The position numbers and the translations under genes were made by a program. Shown in pieces: positions 51,973 through 61,790 of a DNA stretch of 64,000 nt (the stretch's first letter is position 1; every line of letters starts with the position of its first letter). Source of the stretch: an uncultured Verrucomicrobiae bacterium (GTDB lineage Bacteria; Verrucomicrobiota; Verrucomicrobiia; Chthoniobacterales; UBA10450). The notes under the pieces are model-generated. The model ran no database searches. It saw only the letters and a program-made list of their open reading frames with translations, and was not told the origin of the DNA. The DNA is taken from positions 256,001 to 320,000 of the forward strand of contig CAVWPA010000001.1 in NCBI GenBank assembly GCA_963756875.1, written 5' to 3'.

Positions 51973-52074
51973 TTGTAGCCACGGCGCTCTGTCGCCGTGT
52001 TTTGCCAGAGAAGAGGAGCGCCTCGACAGAGCGAGGCGGCTATAGCTTCCGACGCTCATAGAGCGCCGCTACAA
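51973..52074. repeat. REP-like composite upstream of argC
   Basis: TTGTAGCCACGGCGCTCTGTCGCCGTG is identical to the start of the element at 6263. Confidence 0.8.
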
Positions 52075-52123
52075 CCGGATTGGACTTTCCGTGTTAGAAG
52101 ACTAACGCTACGTTCAAAAATCT

Positions 52124-53140
52124 ATGAACACACTTTATCTGGTTGGGATCGCGGTTCTTGCGGTCTTCGGTTTCGTTTTCGCGGTCGTTCTCTTCAACTT
52201 TTTCGGCATATGGCTGCGAGCCCGCATCGCCAACGCGCCGGTCGGTATCGGCAAAATGATCGGAATGCGGCTGCGGCGCGTGCCTGTGGGACTGATCGTC
52301 GATAATCGCATCACGGCGGTCAAAGCAGGGATCGACATTCCAAGCGACCCGCTTGAAGCACATTTTCTGGCCGGGGGCGACGTCGGCCATGTGATTCTTG
52401 CGCTGATTGCGGCCGACAAGGCCGGCATTTCACTCGATTTCAACCGGGCCTGCGCCATCGACCTTGCTACGAAAGGCACTGGCAAGACAGTTTTGGAAGC
52501 CGTCCGGACCAGCATCAACCCGAAGGTAATCGATGCGCCCAATCCCGCGATGGGACGCGCGACCATCGACGGCGTGGCTCAGGACGGTATCGGCGTTAAA
52601 GTTCGTGCCAGAGTCACCGTTCGCTCGCATCTCGATCGCTTTGTTGGCGGCGCGACCGAGGAAACAATCATCGCGCGAGTCGGCGAAGGAATTGTCAGCT
52701 CGATCGGTTCAGCGCCGAGTTACAAGGAGGTTCTGGAAAATCCCGATCGCATTTCGAAGACAGTGCTGGCCAAGGGACTCGACAGTGGGACGGCATTCGA
52801 GATTTTGTCGATCGACATCGCGGACGTGGATGTCGGCGATAACATCGGTGCGAAATTGCAGGCGGAACAGGCCGACGCGGACAAGCGAGTGGCGCAGGCG
52901 AAAGCGGAAGTGCGCCGCGCGGCCGCGGTGGCGGTGGAGCAGGAGATGCGCGCCAGGACTCAGGAGATGCGAGCGAAAGTGGTGGAGGCCGAAGCGCAGG
53001 TGCCGCAGGCAATGGCGGAAGCGTTCCGAGCCGGTCACCTCGGGATCATGGATTATTACCGAATGAAAAATGTGCAGGCCGACACGTCGATGCGCGACTC
53101 AATCGCGGGAACAGACAAACCGAGGCCGGAAGGAACGTGA
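52124..53140 (+). CDS. floA: Flotillin-like protein FloA (YqfA/UPF0365)
   Basis: [43 protein letters not shown]. Confidence 0.92.
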   Translation: MNTLYLVGIAVLAVFGFVFAVVLFNFFGIWLRARIANAPVGIGKMIGMRLRRVPVGLIVDNRITAVKAGIDIPSDPLEAHFLAGGDVGHVILALIAADKAGISLDFNRACAIDLATKGTGKTVLEAVRTSINPKVIDAPNPAMGRATIDGVAQDGIGVKVRARVTVRSHLDRFVGGATEETIIARVGEGIVSSIGSAPSYKEVLENPDRISKTVLAKGLDSGTAFEILSIDIADVDVGDNIGAKLQAEQADADKRVAQAKAEVRRAAAVAVEQEMRARTQEMRAKVVEAEAQVPQAMAEAFRAGHLGIMDYYRMKNVQADTSMRDSIAGTDKPRPEGT

Positions 53141-53231
53141 TTGGTTAAATCGTTACAATGTTACGTGGTTACACAGGTCAAAAAAGCAGCGATTCATCGT
53201 TGTAACGTTTGTAACTTTTTTAACTGAGGAT

Positions 53232-53888
53232 ATGGCAGCGATACACTTAGAGAATCTCCTTTTTATTCTGTTCATCGCGGTCGCGTTCTTTTTTCAATTG
53301 CTGACCAAAGCGGCGAGCAAAGCAAGCAAGGGTTCTGGCGAAACAAGGCCGAAATCATCTTCGCCTCCACCATCCCGGACCATTCCGCGGGCTCCGGTGG
53401 AGAGCGACGAGGACCGAATTCGAAAATTCCTGGAGGCGCTCGGGCAACCACCCACGTCGAGCCCACCTCCACCGGTCAGACAGCGACCGACGTATCAAAA
53501 GCCGGTGGTGCTTCCGCACGTTCCGCCATTTGCGTCGTCGCTTCCGCCGCTCACAACACATCCGCCCGATCTGCCGCCGGAAATAAAACTGCCCGGGCAA
53601 ATCACGCCGATGCGCGAAGCCAAGGTTTTCACGCCGAGAGTGGCCGAGGCTCCCAAATTCGAGGTTCAGACAGGCGCCATTTTGCCGCCTGAAGCGCCGC
53701 CTGTCGTAAAAACCGCCGCGGAAGCCTACGCGATCGCGACTCAACCGGCCTCGACCGTCGATCAGACGCGCACGGATCTGGTTCGTTTGCTGAGATCGGG
53801 GTCGGGATTGCGCGACGCGATTATTTTGCGCGAGATTTTCGGTGAGCCACGAAGCCTGCAACCGCTCGACCTCGTTCGAAACATTTGA
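53232..53888 (+). CDS. Hypothetical membrane-anchored Pro-rich FloA partner
   Basis: N-terminal TM; C-terminal LRDAIILREIFGEP; GAGGA RBS. Confidence 0.7.
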   Translation: MAAIHLENLLFILFIAVAFFFQLLTKAASKASKGSGETRPKSSSPPPSRTIPRAPVESDEDRIRKFLEALGQPPTSSPPPPVRQRPTYQKPVVLPHVPPFASSLPPLTTHPPDLPPEIKLPGQITPMREAKVFTPRVAEAPKFEVQTGAILPPEAPPVVKTAAEAYAIATQPASTVDQTRTDLVRLLRSGSGLRDAIILREIFGEPRSLQPLDLVRNI

Positions 53889-53933
53889 GGTTCGGCGCAA
53901 GCCTCGTATTCTTTCGCTCCTCCTGTTCCAAAT

Positions 53934-54017
53934 GCCGGCGTGGCGGAACTGGCAGACGCGCTGGACTCAAAATCCAGTGATCGCAAGATCGTGTGGGTTC
54001 GAGCCCCTCCGCCGGCA
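53934..54017 (+). tRNA. tRNA-Leu(CAA)
   Basis: GCCGGCG/CGCCGGC acceptor stem, CTGGA-CTCAAAA-TCCAG anticodon arm, long variable arm, GGTTCGAG; CCA not encoded. Confidence 0.95.
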
Positions 54018-54081
54018 GTCCGATGCCGGACTGGCGATTGCTCGCTTCGCTCGCGAACAATGTTGAGCGCGACCGGGAAAA

Positions 54082-54143
54082 TTGTAGGGCAAGCGCTCCG
54101 CTTGCCAGTGTAATGGTCGGCAACCGATGCGCTTGCCCTACAA
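54082..54143. repeat. REP-like doublet, TGTAGGGCAAGCG family
   Basis: TTGTAGGGCAAGCG...CGCTTGCCCTACAA; related copy at 61697-61757. Confidence 0.85.
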
Positions 54144-54151
54144 ACAAAAAT

Positions 54152-54574
54152 TCACGCCGCGGGCGTCACCGGCTCAAGCCCAAACAGCTTTTTGACCGAT
54201 TCGCGCGAGAGAACGATCAGCGTGAAAACACCGAGGATCGTGCCGAACGGCATGAACAAACATTCGATGCATGCCATGACGAACGCGAACCGATAGCGTG
54301 TGCGTTTCGCAATCGTTCGGCCGGCAATCAGAATGCAGATGGCCATGGTCAGACCGAGTAGAAAAAAGAACAAACCGAATGCGACGAAGATCCAACCCAG
54401 GATCTCCGGCGGCGGTTCTCCAGTTTGCCTTGGATTTGGGTGTTGCGCTACCCAGACGAACACCGCGCCCATGCCGGTGTAGAGCAACGGGAAAAAAGAA
54501 AACAGCGCTGCTAAACCGGCAACAATGTAATGAAAGATAGAGAGTAACCGGAGATGTTCGGTGTCGGAGTTCAT
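54152..54574 (-). CDS. Hypothetical membrane protein
   Basis: HLRLLSIFHY...PFGTILGVFT; 3-4 TM segments. Confidence 0.75.
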   Translation of the reverse strand: MNSDTEHLRLLSIFHYIVAGLAALFSFFPLLYTGMGAVFVWVAQHPNPRQTGEPPPEILGWIFVAFGLFFFLLGLTMAICILIAGRTIAKRTRYRFAFVMACIECLFMPFGTILGVFTLIVLSRESVKKLFGLEPVTPAA

Positions 54575-54580
54575 TCGTTA

Positions 54581-54731
54581 GGGGAGCGCACGCGCCACGT
54601 CCGGCAGCTGCCGGAGCGACCGAGCCCTCGCGATCGCGAACTTTATCTGCTGATGGTGGCTCATTTCGTCAAATAGAGAAAAACGTTTCGGCGAGGCGCC
54701 GAAACCAACACGCGAGACGCGTGTGCTCCCC
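54581..54731. repeat. GGGAGCGCACGCG-family element downstream of amtB
   Basis: GGGGAGCGCACGCG...CGCGTGTGCTCCCC. Confidence 0.8.
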
Positions 54732-54756
54732 AGACGAGGAAGAGAAAGAGTTGCGA

Positions 54757-56217
54757 TCATGACGTGATATAGCCTTCTTCGCCATGCTCGTTGATGTCGA
54801 GACCCTGCCGCTCGACTTCCGGCGCGATGCGTAAACCGATGGCGGCTTTGACCACTCCGCCAATGATGGCAGTGCCAACAACCGCCATCAAGATCGTGAT
54901 CCCGATGGCTTTCAATTGCTCGAGCCACAGCATGTGGCCGATGATTCGGGCCAGGCCATTTTGCGTTGCCGCGCTCGCGGAGAGATTCGGGTTTATGTGC
55001 GCGGTTGCGAGCACGCCGGTGAGAAACGCGCCCAGCGTTCCGCCGACGGCGTGCACGCCGAACGTATCGAGCGCGTCGTCGTAGTGGAACCACGATTTCA
55101 ATTTCGTGCAGGCAAAGAACGGGATGATCCCGGCGGCGACGCCGATGATGATCGCGCCCGTCGGATCGACGTATCCGCAGGCCGGCGTGATCACGACCAA
55201 GCCAGCCACTGCACCGGAGCAAAATCCGAGCACGCTCGGTCTGCCACGCAGCGCGTATTCGAGCATTGCCCATGTGAACGACGCAACGGCGGTGGCGAGG
55301 GTGGTGGTGGTGAACGCATTTGCCGCGATGCCATCCGCGCCGAGTGCGCTGCCCGCGTTGAAACCGTACCAGCCGACCCAGAGCATTCCGGCGCCGACCA
55401 TGCAAAGCACCATGCTGTGCGGCGCCATGGTTTCCTTGCGAAAACCAAGGCGCGGTCCGAGCAAAAGGCAAAGGACAAGGGCCGACCAGCCGGAGGACAT
55501 GTGCACCACAGTGCCGCCGGCGAAATCGATGGCGGTAATCTTCGCGGCCGGATTCCAAACGCCGTTCATGAATCCGTCGATGCCCCAGACCATGTGGGCG
55601 AGGGGAAAATAAACAGCGAACATCCAGATGGCGACGAAGACGAGCACGGCGCCGAATCGCATGCGTTCGGCGACCGCGCCGATGATTAACGCCGGGGTGA
55701 TAATCGCGAACATGAGTTGATACATCGAGAAAACGTTCTGCGAGACCCAGTAGGAATAATCGCCGTTCGGTTGAGAATCGACGCCGCGCAGAAAGGCGAA
55801 CTTCAGTCCGCCAAGGAACGGCGAGCCGCGGGAGAAGACCAATGAATAGCCGACCGCCCACCACAGGATCGCGACCATTCCCGCGATGCCGAGGCATTGG
55901 GCCAGCACCGACAATACATTTTTTTGCCTAACGAGTCCGCCATAGAAAAGAGCGAGCCCGGGCAAAGTCATGAAAAGGACGAGCGCGGTCGCCGTCATCA
56001 TCCAGGCGTTGTGACCGGGGCCCGGGCCGGAGATGTTCGAGGTAACCTGCGCATTTGATGCGTCGGCGCCCCGAGCGGAATTGTTCATATAGGCCTCGAG
56101 ATCGGTCACGCGCTGCTCCAGAGACGGCGAGGGAGAAACGGTTTGTGCGAGTGCGACGTGAGCGAAGAAGAAAAGAGCGGTAAAAACAAAAACGCGAGCG
56201 AATGTGTCGATCTTCAC
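54757..56217 (-). CDS. amtB: Ammonium transporter
   Basis: PGLALFYGG, DFAGGTVVH, GWYGFN, YDDALDTFGVH. Confidence 0.96.
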   Translation of the reverse strand: MKIDTFARVFVFTALFFFAHVALAQTVSPSPSLEQRVTDLEAYMNNSARGADASNAQVTSNISGPGPGHNAWMMTATALVLFMTLPGLALFYGGLVRQKNVLSVLAQCLGIAGMVAILWWAVGYSLVFSRGSPFLGGLKFAFLRGVDSQPNGDYSYWVSQNVFSMYQLMFAIITPALIIGAVAERMRFGAVLVFVAIWMFAVYFPLAHMVWGIDGFMNGVWNPAAKITAIDFAGGTVVHMSSGWSALVLCLLLGPRLGFRKETMAPHSMVLCMVGAGMLWVGWYGFNAGSALGADGIAANAFTTTTLATAVASFTWAMLEYALRGRPSVLGFCSGAVAGLVVITPACGYVDPTGAIIIGVAAGIIPFFACTKLKSWFHYDDALDTFGVHAVGGTLGAFLTGVLATAHINPNLSASAATQNGLARIIGHMLWLEQLKAIGITILMAVVGTAIIGGVVKAAIGLRIAPEVERQGLDINEHGEEGYITS

Positions 56218-56380
56218 GCGCAGCGTTATAGAACGGTGCAGCGAACATCGACAAGGAAAACTCTGGCGACATCCCAATTGCCCAGGGCGCTATGCCGCGA
56301 GCAGAAGCGATCGGGGAAGCACCGGCGCTGGAAAGGAGTTTGTGCTTTTACCATTTTTGACGCGAGCTAAACTCGGCGGC

Positions 56381-58183
56381 GTGAGTAGCGAACCCTCCGT
56401 CAACGGGCTGGACGTGACGTTGCGCGAGTTTACCAGTGGCCAAAAGCTTTTTAGCCGCTATCGACTGGTCAAAACGCTCGGCCGCGGCGGCATGGGAATT
56501 GTGTGGCTGGCGTGTGATGAAGAGCTGGAGCGCGACGTGGCCTTGAAATTTCTGCCGGAGCTGATCGTTCACGATCGCGCGGTGCTAGGCGATTTGAAGC
56601 GCGAGACGAGGCGGAGCCTGGAGCTCACTCACAAAAACATCGTACGCATCTACGATTTTATTCACGATGAAGCGTCCGGCTGCATCTCCATGGAGTACGT
56701 GGACGGGGACACGCTTTCCAATTTGCGCGCCGACAAACCGCTCAAGATCTTCGAGCCTGACGAGTTGGGGGACTGGGTCAGCCAGCTTTGTGACGCGCTC
56801 GATTACGCGCACAATCACGCCCGCATCGTTCACCGCGATCTTAAGCCTGCGAATCTGATGGTGAACCAGCGCGGCGATCTCAAGGTCGCGGACTTCGGGA
56901 TCGCGCGCAGCCTGAGCGACTCGGTGAGCAAGTTGACCATGCAGCACGGCAAGAGCGGAACGCTGGTTTACATGAGTCCGCAGCAACTCGAAGGCGAGCG
57001 CGGCAGTCATCTCGACGATATCTACTCCGTCGGCGCCAGCCTCTACGAATTGATCACCAGCAAGCCGCCGTTTTATTCCGGTAATGTCGATCGCCAGATT
57101 CGCGAAAAGGTTCCGCCACCGATGACCGAGCGACGCAAGGAACTCGAGATCAACGGCGGGTCGGTTGACCAGTCGTGGGAAAAAGTGGTGGCGGAATGTT
57201 TGTCAAAAGATCCAACCCGCCGTCCGCAATCGGTCGCCGAGATTGCGCAGCGTCTGGAGGTGCCATCGCCGAAAACGCGTCGGGCTCAACAAGCAGTGAC
57301 TCAGGAATCGAAGCGGACCGGTCTTGTCGTTGCAATCGCGGGGCTACTCTGCGTTGCCGCAATCGGCGGGTGGTATTTCGGAATCCACAAGCGGGCAAAG
57401 CAAGCACCCGCGCCCGAATTGGCGACATCGATAGAGAGCGCCACCGAGGGTTTTGGCGGTGTGATGCTGGATACTTCACCCAGCGGCGCAACCGTGGCGC
57501 TGGGCGGAGTGGATGCCGGCAAGAGTCCGGTGACATTCAAAAAGATCCGCGCGGGCAAATATCCGCTGAGAATTTCACTCGATGGTTACGAGCCGCTGGA
57601 AAAAGAGGTGGAGATCAGACGAGATCAGTTTGTCGACATGGGAACGCTCGCTCTTCAGCGCAGCGGCGCCAGGGTTGAACTGACCAGCACACCGCCGGGG
57701 ACGCGAGTTTTCGAAAGCGGAAAACTGATCGGGACGACGCCGTTTCAGGGCCAGATGCCGTCTGGCCACGCTACGTTCCTTTTCACAAAGGAAGGTTATC
57801 TTCCCACCCAGCTGAAAACGGAGCTGACGCCCAAGGAATTGTTCAAAACCAAGGTGACAATGATCAAACCTGCTCCGGCCTACCATGGAATAATCCATGC
57901 GCTCGGCGAACCGGACCGGCCGCTCACGGTGAAACTCGGTTCCGATGTTCGATCCGGCACGATGACTTACGTCAGCCATCATGGAGATTTTGTTGTGAAA
58001 TTCTCGGGTGTCTGGGAGGGGGGAATCCTGCACGCCGTGACCGGCGATGTGGTTTCGCAGCCCGCCGGAATTCGATGGACGCCTGAGTCGTTCACTTTGC
58101 GCTTCGGCGAAGGTGGCAGGAACGGGTCGTACGAGTGCAAGGCGGACAAGAAAACGTACTTCGCTGACTTAACAGCGCCATGA
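56381..58183 (+). CDS. Membrane Hanks-type Ser/Thr kinase with extracellular PEGA domains
   Basis: LGRGGMG, VALK, HRDLKPAN, DFG; TM; two S.P.GA/T.V PEGA repeats. Confidence 0.92.
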   Translation: MSSEPSVNGLDVTLREFTSGQKLFSRYRLVKTLGRGGMGIVWLACDEELERDVALKFLPELIVHDRAVLGDLKRETRRSLELTHKNIVRIYDFIHDEASGCISMEYVDGDTLSNLRADKPLKIFEPDELGDWVSQLCDALDYAHNHARIVHRDLKPANLMVNQRGDLKVADFGIARSLSDSVSKLTMQHGKSGTLVYMSPQQLEGERGSHLDDIYSVGASLYELITSKPPFYSGNVDRQIREKVPPPMTERRKELEINGGSVDQSWEKVVAECLSKDPTRRPQSVAEIAQRLEVPSPKTRRAQQAVTQESKRTGLVVAIAGLLCVAAIGGWYFGIHKRAKQAPAPELATSIESATEGFGGVMLDTSPSGATVALGGVDAGKSPVTFKKIRAGKYPLRISLDGYEPLEKEVEIRRDQFVDMGTLALQRSGARVELTSTPPGTRVFESGKLIGTTPFQGQMPSGHATFLFTKEGYLPTQLKTELTPKELFKTKVTMIKPAPAYHGIIHALGEPDRPLTVKLGSDVRSGTMTYVSHHGDFVVKFSGVWEGGILHAVTGDVVSQPAGIRWTPESFTLRFGEGGRNGSYECKADKKTYFADLTAP

Positions 58184-58196
58184 TTGACGTCGGCGC

Positions 58197-58703
58197 ATGA
58201 ACCGATCGACTTATGTTCTGCTGGTCGCGTTGCTGCTCATTGTGACGACCCACAAGTTGCCCGCACCGGTTTCGGAGATTGAGACGCCAGCGCCCGCGCA
58301 TGAGCGCCAAGCGAAGGCGAAGAAAGCGTCTTCGAAACCAAAATCTGCCGAGTCGGAAGCGAAAGCCAAGTCCATACAGAAGCCATCCGCAACGCCGGTT
58401 CGCCCGAAGTTCGCGGGAGTGTGGACGGGCACGATAGAATCGAAAAACCCCTTGGTCGGTGTCGGATTACATCCGGCCACGTTTGTTGTTAATGGCGCTG
58501 AGAATTATGTGAAGGAAACAGGACCGGTGGGCACTTTCACCCATCCAGCGAGCGTGAACGGCAACATACTGACATTCACGACTGGCGTTTTTCGAGAAAT
58601 CACCGTTACGATGACGCTGATGGGCAATGGGCGCACGGGACAAGTAAATGTGAACGACAGGATTTGGGGCACTTGCTCGGGAACGATGAAGAAACAGGAT
58701 TAG
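58197..58703 (+). CDS. Secreted hypothetical protein (LPAP-TP family)
   Basis: Signal peptide + LPAPVSEIETPAP; FAGVWTGTI. Confidence 0.7.
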   Translation: MNRSTYVLLVALLLIVTTHKLPAPVSEIETPAPAHERQAKAKKASSKPKSAESEAKAKSIQKPSATPVRPKFAGVWTGTIESKNPLVGVGLHPATFVVNGAENYVKETGPVGTFTHPASVNGNILTFTTGVFREITVTMTLMGNGRTGQVNVNDRIWGTCSGTMKKQD

Positions 58704-58858
58704 AGACCTGTGCATGCTACGTCCCGAACGATACAGTCCTTGGTTGCCACACAATCCATTCGGCGCGTACGCCAAGATGTTGCTGGACGTGCAAGAGCAT
58801 CGGTCCGGCAGCAAGCTCACGGACCCGAGTTCCGGCCCGCTTTTCGTAGTTCCATAAG

Positions 58859-59455
58859 GTGAAAATGCCATTGCGTATTAGCTTTGTCGTTCTTCTGCTT
58901 GTCGCCAGCGGGCAACGTCTGCCCGCGCCGATTACTGAGGTTGCAACGCCGACGCCTTCCCCGCAGGAGTCGCCCGGTCCGCAATTGAGACCTGGCGAAA
59001 AATGGAAGCCTGAAGCGGAGCAAGGAAAGCAGTCCGGCGCGAAAGAGAGTCCCGCGACGATCCCACATCCCCAAACAGCCGCGCGTTTTACTGGAACATG
59101 GAGCGGAAAAATTACGTTTGGGACGTCCGGCGTAGTGGAGTTGACTCTGATCGTGAACTCCAGTGCCACTTCGCTGATCCAAAAATCAAAAGCGTCTGGG
59201 GAGCACTCCCACGCGACCAACTACACCGGCAGCACGCTTTCGTGGAAAGGAGGGCGCAACGATGGATTCTCTTTTACGCTGGCTCCGAATGCGGACGGAC
59301 AAACGGCGGCGGTCACATCAAAGCCAAAGTCCGGGCCCATGAGCACCGCCACTTTCAAACGGGTCCATCCCGGGCAGGCTCCAGCGAAGTCCGGGACGCC
59401 CCGTAAGCGAAAACTGCATCCCGGCACAAAAACCAGACGGCATTCAGGTCAGTAA
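58859..59455 (+). CDS. Secreted hypothetical protein, paralogue of 58197..58703
   Basis: LPAPITEVATPTP; FTGTWSGKI. Confidence 0.7.
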   Translation: MKMPLRISFVVLLLVASGQRLPAPITEVATPTPSPQESPGPQLRPGEKWKPEAEQGKQSGAKESPATIPHPQTAARFTGTWSGKITFGTSGVVELTLIVNSSATSLIQKSKASGEHSHATNYTGSTLSWKGGRNDGFSFTLAPNADGQTAAVTSKPKSGPMSTATFKRVHPGQAPAKSGTPRKRKLHPGTKTRRHSGQ

Positions 59456-59537
59456 CCAACTTCGACTTCGATGAAGCGACTCAACGGTGTTTTCAAAACA
59501 AATCTTTGTTCTTTGACCCTAAAAGATTGCTAGGGGG

Positions 59538-60449
59538 CTAGCAGCTGAAGAACTCGTGCTTGCCTTCGAAGCCTTTGAGTTCGTGAGCGCCGGCGGGCTC
59601 TGTTTTGGTCAGTTTGCCGAGTTTCGATTTGCCGGCGGCGCTGGTTAGCATTGGAATGCCTAACGAACCGGCCAGTTTTTCCATGCGGAAAACGAAATTG
59701 ACGTCCTTGCCCATCAAGCTTTCCTCGCCCATCGACGGCACTCCGCCGATGGCCACCAGTCCGTAATGCAACGCGATCCGAAAGCGCGGCGTGTCACGTG
59801 CTTGCGCCTGCTTCAGTTGCTCGAGGGTCGCCGCGACGTTTTTGGTCGCGTTTTCATCCTCGCGCCAGTAAGCGAAGAAACCGTCGCCCAGGTATTTGTC
59901 GATCATCCCCTGGTTTTGCTCGATGGTTTCCTTGCAATCGGCCACCCAGCCACCGATCAGCGCCGCCAGCTTATCGCTGGTTAGACTTCGGCTCAGCGGG
60001 GTGAAATTTTCGATGTCCGCTACCAATAACCAGCAGGGGACGTTTTCAATTTCCCGAATTGTCCGCTCGGCGAAGGTCGACCGGAAATTCTCAGAGATCT
60101 CCGTCGGCTGGCGAAATACGAAAGCAGTGTCGCCAATCGCGATTTGGTCCTGGTCGCAAAGCTGCACCGGCTGATGCACGCGCCGCTTGTTCAAAAAAGT
60201 GCCGTTGCTGCTTCCCAGATCGATCAGCCAAAATTCGCCGACGTTCTGTACGTTGATAATGGCGTGCCGGCGTGAAATTTTTGGGGAATCGAGAAGGAGG
60301 GAATTCTTGGCGGACCGGCCAATCGACAGGTCCCCCTGAATTGGAATTCGTTTGCCGCCTGCTTCGAGCCACGCGCTCTCTCCGCCACCGGATTCGGCAT
60401 CGGGCGGCTGGTTTTCAATCACATCGCGCTTGCGCTCGTCTGCAGCCAT
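59538..60449 (-). CDS. FHA domain + class III adenylate/guanylate cyclase
   Basis: IGR...SRRH...SSNGT; ADIENFT, DKYLGDG, VNFVFRME. Confidence 0.92.
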   Translation of the reverse strand: MAADERKRDVIENQPPDAESGGGESAWLEAGGKRIPIQGDLSIGRSAKNSLLLDSPKISRRHAIINVQNVGEFWLIDLGSSNGTFLNKRRVHQPVQLCDQDQIAIGDTAFVFRQPTEISENFRSTFAERTIREIENVPCWLLVADIENFTPLSRSLTSDKLAALIGGWVADCKETIEQNQGMIDKYLGDGFFAYWREDENATKNVAATLEQLKQAQARDTPRFRIALHYGLVAIGGVPSMGEESLMGKDVNFVFRMEKLAGSLGIPMLTSAAGKSKLGKLTKTEPAGAHELKGFEGKHEFFSC

Positions 60450-60649
60450 CGCGCCATCTTAAAGGTCGAAGCGAGAACGGCGCAAGCACCACATTGCGAT
60501 TCAGGGAGAAGCAAAACCAGCAGTCAGCCGGAGGGGGGCAGGCAGGACTCCGCCGAGCGGCGCTTTCGCCCCCGGAAGTTTTCGGGGTTGGCCGAGATCC
60601 GGTTAAGGAGCCCGGCGGAGTCTCTCCCTGTCCAAGAGATCGTCAATCG

Positions 60650-61681
60650 CTATGTGGAGACAGTGTCAACTGACTGAACTGTTTCATCGTTACGACGGCC
60701 GTTCCCGTCAACGCCGGAATCATTGCCTTCGTTGGTACCGTGCGGGGAGATGGCCGCCGGCAAATCGTGCTGCTGCAATTTTTCGTAGCGCTGGCGCACG
60801 TCGGGCGGGACTTTATCCAAATCTTCTTTTGTCTCGACCGGTCCGCTGAACAAAAGCAAACCCTGCGGGTCTTTCGCCGTCAGCACTTTCTTGCCGTCGA
60901 TCTTCTCAATTCGCAGCTCGCCCTTGTCGTCCGAGTAAACGATCTGCGCTTTGCCGATGTCGATTCTGGTCGTTTTCAATCCATTCTCGTCGTTGCGCGT
61001 AACCAAGATTCTTCCTTCGCGGCGTGCTTCCTCGGCAGCGCGCATGGCTTGCTCCTGCGCTCGCATTGCTTCTTCGCGCGCCTTCATGACCGCGTCGCGG
61101 ATCATTCCCCGGTTTTGGTCTCCAAGTCTTTCCTTCAGGTCCTGCATCCGCTCTTTTAGATCGCCCATATCAAAACCGCCAAAGTCAAAATGAGAATGCT
61201 GATGGCGACCCGGGCCGAAGTCGGGCCGCTGCGGCATATCCCTTTTTCCTAGTTTGACCGCGACTTTCTCTTCCTTCCCTTTGCGCAACAGGGTGAAGGT
61301 AACGCTTGTTCCTTCGGAATAACTGCGCACCAGTTTGGCCAGTTGATCCGGCTCGGTCAGGATCTGGTCGTTCAACATTTTGAGAATGTCATTTTGCTTG
61401 ATCCCGGCAGCGGCTGCCGGACCATCCGGGGCGACATAATCGACCACCAGACCAAAGCCCTTGGGCAAACCGAGTTGCTCGCTCACCACGCTTGGGACTT
61501 CGGATGTTTCCACGCCGAGAAACGTTACCGGCACCATTGGCATTTTTTCATGCGGCCCGCCCGGCGGATGACGCGGAACTGGCGGATTCGGAGCGGCAGA
61601 CGGATTGGGTACGGCCTGCGCAAATCCCGTGAGTGGCAGGAGCGCAATGGCGGCGATGGTTGTGATCAGTTTTGTTTTCAT
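60650..61681 (-). CDS. Exported PDZ-domain protein without a protease domain
   Basis: Signal peptide; FLGV...GLVVDYV...PAAAAGIKQND. Confidence 0.85.
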   Translation of the reverse strand: MKTKLITTIAAIALLPLTGFAQAVPNPSAAPNPPVPRHPPGGPHEKMPMVPVTFLGVETSEVPSVVSEQLGLPKGFGLVVDYVAPDGPAAAAGIKQNDILKMLNDQILTEPDQLAKLVRSYSEGTSVTFTLLRKGKEEKVAVKLGKRDMPQRPDFGPGRHQHSHFDFGGFDMGDLKERMQDLKERLGDQNRGMIRDAVMKAREEAMRAQEQAMRAAEEARREGRILVTRNDENGLKTTRIDIGKAQIVYSDDKGELRIEKIDGKKVLTAKDPQGLLLFSGPVETKEDLDKVPPDVRQRYEKLQQHDLPAAISPHGTNEGNDSGVDGNGRRNDETVQSVDTVST

Positions 61682-61790
61682 AATGTTTTCTCAGCTTGTA
61701 GGGCGGGCGCTCCGCCTGCCGTCTGTTCTCCCGGCAAGCGACGCGCTTGCCCTACAATTGTTCCGTAGCTAACAAAATTCGTGTTGTTGT

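Noticed and set aside
54578..55897. Long alternative-frame and antisense ORFs (e.g. 54578..55897, 26026..27090, 36150..37118)
   Set aside because: Arg/Ala-rich shadows of real genes, expected at high GC3; no family motifs.
52124..56217. floA without nfeD and amtB without glnK
   Set aside because: The partners may lie elsewhere in the genome; this cannot be judged from one window.
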